NCBI GenBank assembly: GCA_944389515.1
Contig: CALXMQ010000005.1
Location: 16,826 to 80,825 of the forward strand
Source of the DNA: an uncultured Alphaproteobacteria bacterium
Lineage (GTDB): Bacteria > Pseudomonadota > Alphaproteobacteria > Rs-D84
DNA length: 64,000 nt
Reading direction: 5' to 3'
Numbering within the stretch: the stretch's first letter is position 1; the number at the start of each line of letters is the position of its first letter. The notes under the pieces are model-generated. The model searched no databases. It was not told where the DNA came from and worked only from the letters and a program-made list of their open reading frames with translations. Both the position numbers and the translations under genes were made by a program. Shown one piece after another: positions 58,370-64,000 of this stretch.

Positions 58370-60358
58370 TTACTCCAACAACAATAAATCATCTTCCATT
58401 TTATGAATCACATCACGCAGTTCTGCCGCATGTTCAAATTCTAAATTTTCTGCTGCATCACGCATTTGCTTGTTCAACTTTTTAATTTCACGACGCAATG
58501 TTTCTGCATCCATAACACCATCAGACGTATAAACAAATCTGCGTTTTTTATCAGTTTTTTCTTGTTTATCGCCAACTTCTGCGAATACAGCCTTGGTAAC
58601 AGTTTTTGGTATAATATTATGTTCTGTATTATACGCCATTTGTTTTTCACGACGGCGCGCCGTTTCCCCCAATGCCGCACGCATAGAATCTGTTATTGTG
58701 TCAGCATATAATATCACACGTCCATTTGCATTACGTGCCGCCCGCCCGATTGTTTGAATCAACGATCGCGTTGAACGCAGAAATCCTTCTTTGTCCGCAT
58801 CCATAATCGCAACCAATTCGCATTCAGGCACATCCAACCCTTCGCGCAGCAAATTGATTCCAACCAAAACATCAAATTTACCCAATCGTAAATCACGCAA
58901 CAATTCAATACGTTCCAGCGTTTCAATATCACTGTGCAGATATTTTGCACGTACACCATTTTCCACAAAATAATCTGTCAGTTGTTCTGCCATTTTCTTG
59001 GTCAACGTTGTAACCAAAACACGCCCATTGACTTTTTTAACTTCATCCAACAAATCATCAACCTGATGCGCAGTTGGACGTACTTCGCATTCAGGATCCA
59101 ATAACCCAGTTGGTCTGATAACCTGTTCTGATACAATACCACCAGATTGATTTAATTCCCAATCCGCTGGTGTCGCAGAAACAAATATAGTTTGCGGCCG
59201 TAATGCATCCCACTCTTCAAACGTCAATGGTCGATTATCAATACACGCCGGCAACCGAAATCCATATTGTGACAAAGTTTCCTTGCGTGCACGATCACCA
59301 CGCGACATGGCCGCAATTTGTGGCACAGTAACATGACTTTCATCAATAAATAAAATCGCATCTTTTGGCAAATATTCAAACAGCGTCGGTGGCGGTTGCC
59401 CCGGTGCACGCCCAGATAAATATCGCGAATAATTTTCAATTCCACGACACGTACCGGTTGATTCCATCATTTCAATATCAAAATTGACACGTTCGCGCAG
59501 CCGTTGTTCTTCGATATATTTCATATTATCATGAAAATATTTTAATCGTTCTTCTAAATCCTGTTTGATTTGCCCAATCGCCTGTAATATAGATGGCATT
59601 GGTGTCGCATAATGTGTATTTGGATAAACTGCAATTCTGTCCAACTTACGCAACTTGGCCCCAGTCAAAGTATCAAATTCCCATATTTCTTCGATTTCAT
59701 CGCCCCAAAAAGACAACTTCCACCCCCGGTCTTGGGAATGCGAAGGAAATATATCCAACGTGTCACCACGCACACGAAAATTTCCACGTTCAAATGCAGT
59801 ATCATTACGCTTATATTGAATATCAACCAAACAATGCATAACATCGTTCATGCCTGTTTTATCACCAGCATGCAAAACCACCTTCATCCCAGAATATTGT
59901 TCTGGCGATCCCATACCATAAATCGATGACACAGACGACACAACGACAACATCACGTTCTTCTAACATTGCACGCGTTGCACTGTGCCGCATACGATCCA
60001 ACTGTTCATTTATCGCAGCATCTTTATCAATATATGTATCCGTTGTTGGTAAATAGGCTTCTGGCTGATAATAATCATAATAAGACACAAAATATTCGAC
60101 ATGATTATTTGGGAAAAAAGATTTCATTTCTGTATACAACTGGGCCGCTAAAATTTTATTAGGCGCCATAATCATTGCCGGTCGCCCCAATTCTGCAATA
60201 ACATTTGCCATGGTAAAAGTTTTCCCAGACCCAGTTACCCCCAATAACACCTGGCTGCGACGATTATCACGCACCCCAGCAACCAATTCAGAAATTGCCT
60301 GGGGTTGATCACCCATGGGTTTATAATCACTTTGAAGATCGAATATTTTTTTATTCAC
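58370..60358 (-). CDS. uvrB: Excinuclease ABC subunit B
   Basis: [40 protein letters not shown] domain [11 protein letters not shown]. Confidence 0.97.
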   Translation of the reverse strand: MNKKIFDLQSDYKPMGDQPQAISELVAGVRDNRRSQVLLGVTGSGKTFTMANVIAELGRPAMIMAPNKILAAQLYTEMKSFFPNNHVEYFVSYYDYYQPEAYLPTTDTYIDKDAAINEQLDRMRHSATRAMLEERDVVVVSSVSSIYGMGSPEQYSGMKVVLHAGDKTGMNDVMHCLVDIQYKRNDTAFERGNFRVRGDTLDIFPSHSQDRGWKLSFWGDEIEEIWEFDTLTGAKLRKLDRIAVYPNTHYATPMPSILQAIGQIKQDLEERLKYFHDNMKYIEEQRLRERVNFDIEMMESTGTCRGIENYSRYLSGRAPGQPPPTLFEYLPKDAILFIDESHVTVPQIAAMSRGDRARKETLSQYGFRLPACIDNRPLTFEEWDALRPQTIFVSATPADWELNQSGGIVSEQVIRPTGLLDPECEVRPTAHQVDDLLDEVKKVNGRVLVTTLTKKMAEQLTDYFVENGVRAKYLHSDIETLERIELLRDLRLGKFDVLVGINLLREGLDVPECELVAIMDADKEGFLRSTRSLIQTIGRAARNANGRVILYADTITDSMRAALGETARRREKQMAYNTEHNIIPKTVTKAVFAEVGDKQEKTDKKRRFVYTSDGVMDAETLRREIKKLNKQMRDAAENLEFEHAAELRDVIHKMEDDLLLLE

Positions 60359-60405
60359 AAGCCATAATATAATTCATTATAATCAAAATACAAGGGAATA
60401 GAGAA

Positions 60406-62880
60406 ATGGCACTGAAACCCAGATACAAGCGTCGTATCTTATGGACGATTATAACAATCGTTGGATTGTTTATTATGGCAATTATAATTGTGCCACCAAT
60501 GATAACCCTGAATAATCTGAAACCCAAAATAGAACAAACAATCGTTGAACAAACCGGCGTAAACGCAACAATAAATGGCGATATACATTTCAGTTTGTTA
60601 GGACGTGCGACAATCGTTGCCCACGATGTACAAATTCCAAATGGTAAAATTGGCGCAATGATGTTTTCTGTGCCATTGACACATATATTTAATATTGAAA
60701 ACGCACCATTATCAGGTGACATAACTGTGTATAACGCAGATATCAGTATAAATAATTTAATTCCAAAAAATTTTAATTATCCGGTTGAAATACACAATTC
60801 AATTATAAACTTCAAAAACCGCGAACTGGAAATAATTGATGCTGTTCTGCAAAATGGACATTTAATTGGTGTTGTTCGTACCCAAAAGCATAAATATGAT
60901 ATTGATTTTTCTGGTGATGAATTTTTTATTCATAATCAAAATAATAAACTGGAAATATCTGGAAATATTTTCACAGACGGTTCTGTACGTGGCCGCATAC
61001 AAATGGAAACAGATGAAATAAATCGTTGGTTTGGTTTTTCAGAACCCAAGATTGATAAAACCATTGCACTGACAATGCTGTTTGATTGGGATGGTGGACG
61101 TGGCTGGAAATTCCAAGATATCCAAATGGAAAAAATTTCTGGTGATATAATCATTATGCCAAACGGCGAAAAATCTGTAAAATTACGTGGTCATGACATA
61201 ACATACGATTTATCTTTTTTAACCAAACCATCACGTATATTTTATCAAACAAAATTTGATTTAGATTTCACTGGTGAATTAAAATTTGGTCGCCGCACAT
61301 TTAATCATTTGGCCGTTGATGCAACAGGTACACGTGACGCATTACAAATAACCAACATTGTCGCAGATGATATTGCCATTGCCGGTGGAACGATTGATGA
61401 AAATGGCGCCCACAATTTATTGATAACAATGCCATATAACGGCGCACCTGCAACATGCCTGTTTTTTGGCACCCCAGATAATTGGCAATGCGAACGATTT
61501 TCATACGATGATTATGTTGGTGCAATATCTGTATCGCCAGACTATTTTGATTTGTTGGTATTTTCTGAACGTAAATCACCAAATCGTGCAAACGCAATCA
61601 AAGATTTATTGAAATTTGCACCGCGTGGAAAAATAGATTTCGAATTTGCAGATATTGCCGGGACATATGAAATCGACGGCAATAAAATAATTCCACAATA
61701 TCGATTTGCACATGGAAAAACATTACGCTGGTTGGACCCAAACATAAAACAAATACCCCAGTTCATGCAAACCGCGATTGGTAATTTCAGTTGGGACAAC
61801 GATATCATGCTCTTTGTACCTGATTCAAAACGTTGGGAATTAAAACTGACTGATAAAAATTTTTATATTGCCGGCAAAAACGCCAAAGATTGGTTTCCTG
61901 GCATTGATATGCAGGCATTTAACAATCTGGAATATGTTGTATCTGGGTCATACCGGGGCGAAACTGTATCAAACCTGGAAATCAAAATTGCTGACCACAC
62001 ATTTTATGGCACCATCAGTGGCAACACTATAACCTTGCACACAGATATTTTTGACATAGATTCTTTTATCAACCAAAATTATTTAGATAATTACGAAGAA
62101 TTAGGATATCTGACTGCATCACCAATAACAATACCATTTAATTTACCTGTAAATATTTCATTATCTGCGGATGTAATGATATACAATGGCAATGTATATA
62201 AAAACTTTGTATATGCACTAAAACCTGATTCCCAGACATTTTCTATTACAGACCACGACCGTGGAAATTTATTGGCAACATTTACACGCAACGGCAATAA
62301 ATATGACATATTTGCACAATTAAATAAGTTTTTAATAGACGGCACATTATTAAATTCGCAAATGCCAATAAATGTACGTGACACATCTATTACTGGTGAA
62401 TTATACATGCGTACATTTGGAAATATCGCACATGATTTAGAATATAATATGCACGGTGATATGGATTTAACATTTACTGGCGGATATTTAATTGGATTGG
62501 GTGTTGACGACTTTTTTGCATCTGCAAATCAAATCACCACATTTAATGCCGAATATGCATTATCATATGCACTGGACGGTGGTGAATCCGCAATAAAAAC
62601 AATGCGAATTATTGGTGGATATAATAATGGTAACTTTATAACATCAGAACCAATACAACTGCGGCTGCGTCACACAGACGCAATCGGTGAACTGGAAATA
62701 TCAGACGGTGCAATGTCTGCATCATTTAACTTGGTTTTACGTGGTACATCACCAACGCCCCAACCAATCGAATTACAAATAAATCCAGATGGCACACGCA
62801 GATATTCTTTATCTGAAATAATGATGAATTTTGATCCAACGTATATGCGCGATTTTGTTCGCACACATGATAAATTTTAA
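60406..62880 (+). CDS. AsmA-like membrane-anchored beta-rich protein
   Basis: N-terminal TM helix then LKPKIEQTIVEQTG..ATINGDIHFSLL (AsmA N-terminal pattern); beta-rich body. Confidence 0.7.
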   Translation: MALKPRYKRRILWTIITIVGLFIMAIIIVPPMITLNNLKPKIEQTIVEQTGVNATINGDIHFSLLGRATIVAHDVQIPNGKIGAMMFSVPLTHIFNIENAPLSGDITVYNADISINNLIPKNFNYPVEIHNSIINFKNRELEIIDAVLQNGHLIGVVRTQKHKYDIDFSGDEFFIHNQNNKLEISGNIFTDGSVRGRIQMETDEINRWFGFSEPKIDKTIALTMLFDWDGGRGWKFQDIQMEKISGDIIIMPNGEKSVKLRGHDITYDLSFLTKPSRIFYQTKFDLDFTGELKFGRRTFNHLAVDATGTRDALQITNIVADDIAIAGGTIDENGAHNLLITMPYNGAPATCLFFGTPDNWQCERFSYDDYVGAISVSPDYFDLLVFSERKSPNRANAIKDLLKFAPRGKIDFEFADIAGTYEIDGNKIIPQYRFAHGKTLRWLDPNIKQIPQFMQTAIGNFSWDNDIMLFVPDSKRWELKLTDKNFYIAGKNAKDWFPGIDMQAFNNLEYVVSGSYRGETVSNLEIKIADHTFYGTISGNTITLHTDIFDIDSFINQNYLDNYEELGYLTASPITIPFNLPVNISLSADVMIYNGNVYKNFVYALKPDSQTFSITDHDRGNLLATFTRNGNKYDIFAQLNKFLIDGTLLNSQMPINVRDTSITGELYMRTFGNIAHDLEYNMHGDMDLTFTGGYLIGLGVDDFFASANQITTFNAEYALSYALDGGESAIKTMRIIGGYNNGNFITSEPIQLRLRHTDAIGELEISDGAMSASFNLVLRGTSPTPQPIELQINPDGTRRYSLSEIMMNFDPTYMRDFVRTHDKF

Positions 62881-62884
62881 TAAA

Positions 62885-63229
62885 TTATTTATGTGACACT
62901 TTATCACGCGTTACGATATTGCCATTATCATCTGCATAATATCTGTATTTTCCGATTGGTGCACTGTAAAATCCATCTGCAAAAAATTCTATGCCACGTG
63001 TATTTTGTACCAACATTTTATCCCCACCAATCAAATCAGCACGTCGCCCTAAAAAAATACATCCCAATATATCTAAAAAACTAAACGACGATACACGCGG
63101 CGCATATAATGCATGACCACGCTTTACCAATCCAGACAACTTGTACACATCTGGCCTGGATTTCAAAACGTTTGCCTGATAATCTGTCAGATTTAACATA
63201 TGCGCCAAAGTATCAATATTACACTTCAT
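62885..63229 (-). CDS. Hypothetical protein
   Basis: ORF fills the gap between the AsmA-like gene and aspS; start uncertain. Confidence 0.5.
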   Translation of the reverse strand: MKCNIDTLAHMLNLTDYQANVLKSRPDVYKLSGLVKRGHALYAPRVSSFSFLDILGCIFLGRRADLIGGDKMLVQNTRGIEFFADGFYSAPIGKYRYYADDNGNIVTRDKVSHK

Positions 63230-63299
63230 TTCATTTACCACTGTTATCCGCAAATAATATCTGTATCAGATATATTTTTTAACAGGTTTGATTTCCCAT

Positions 63300-63330
63300 A
63301 AAAAAATACAGGCATATGTGCCTGTATTTT
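63300..63330 (-). terminator. Intrinsic terminator after aspS
   Basis: aaaatacaggca/tgcctgtatttt hairpin with T tract. Confidence 0.75.
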
Positions 63331-63349
63331 ATAACATCTAAACCTGTGA

Positions 63350-64000
63350 TTATCCTTTTTTACGAACTTGGATATGATCTTCACGTAACTGTTGTTCTGT
63401 AACCGGCCCTGGTGACCCCATCATCAAATCTTGGCCACGCTGGTTGGTTGGGAACAAAACCACAGAACGCAGATTTGGTTCTGCCAACATAATTTGAACC
63501 AATCTGTCCAAACCAAATGCACACCCACCGTGCGGCGGTGCACCATATTGGAACGCATTATACATCCCACCAAATTTTTGTTTAACTGTTTCTTCGTCAT
63601 AACCCGTAATTTCGAAACAGCGCAACATAACTTCTGGATTAAAGTTACGCAAACCGCCACTGCAAATTTCCGCACCATTTAATACCATATCAAATTGTGC
63701 TGCCTTGATAGACAAAGGATTATTATTTTTCAATTCATCCAATGTCGCCATTGGGTATGAAAAAGGATTATGTGTAAATGCAATTCCTGTGGGTGATTCT
63801 GGGTCTTCTTCAAAGAACGGGAATTCTTCTATCCAACACAAACGGAATTCTTTTTCATCAATCAAACCTAAATCTTCACCTAATTTAGTACGCAATTTAC
63901 CGGCGGCCTTGGCTGCGGTATCTGGTACGTCACAGATAAAGAACAAAGATGCATTATCACCTGCAATTTCATGCAATTTTGCCACACGTTCTGAATCCAG
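63350..64000 (-). CDS. aspS: Aspartate--tRNA ligase, C-terminal part (5' end outside window)
   Basis: HNPFS, DMVLNGAEICSGGLR, YGAPPHGGCAFGLDR. Confidence 0.95.
   Translation of the reverse strand: MDSERVAKLHEIAGDNASLFFICDVPDTAAKAAGKLRTKLGEDLGLIDEKEFRLCWIEEFPFFEEDPESPTGIAFTHNPFSYPMATLDELKNNNPLSIKAAQFDMVLNGAEICSGGLRNFNPEVMLRCFEITGYDEETVKQKFGGMYNAFQYGAPPHGGCAFGLDRLVQIMLAEPNLRSVVLFPTNQRGQDLMMGSPGPVTEQQLREDHIQVRKKG

Noticed and set aside
1-64000. Alternative genetic code
   Set aside because: Conserved genes are full length under code 11 and end at TAA, TAG or TGA

Overview
A 64 kb, gene-dense chromosomal segment from an AT-rich Gram-negative bacterium using the standard code. The gene set (addB, secB-mltA-DUF721, the Cys/His-plus-J-domain gene next to xerD, yajC-secD-secF) points to Alphaproteobacteria. 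The shuffled operons and divergent proteins suggest a reduced, probably host-associated lineage (inference). Most genes are housekeeping: rarA, fabD, ftsK, secDF-yajC, mutL, greA, xerD, trxB, serS, typA, recA, ruvA/C, mnmE, xth, addB, engB, rsmI, lolD/E, ftsQ, tsaE, uvrB, aspS. There is also a five-gene surface-glycan cluster and two tRNA genes. I found no CRISPR array, transposase, reverse transcriptase or intact prophage. Main observations: (1) an in-frame FtsA-ribulose-phosphate 3-epimerase fusion whose linker holds an amphipathic helix and an A8 slippery run, where a -1 shift would release free FtsA; (2) a structured leader with switch-like pairings, resembling C4 antisense leaders, upstream of two small Cys-rich secreted proteins; (3) a putative operon of a secretin-like lipoprotein, lolE, lolD and four Cys-module mosaic proteins; (4) a tRNA-Tyr-linked repeat array, with non-canonical tRNA-Tyr (C8, C4-U69) and tRNA-Gly (A73); (5) an S41 protease homologue lacking both catalytic residues; (6) a recurring -10 box 7 nt before start codons, suggesting leaderless mRNAs. 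All calls come from reading motifs by eye; no database searches were run.
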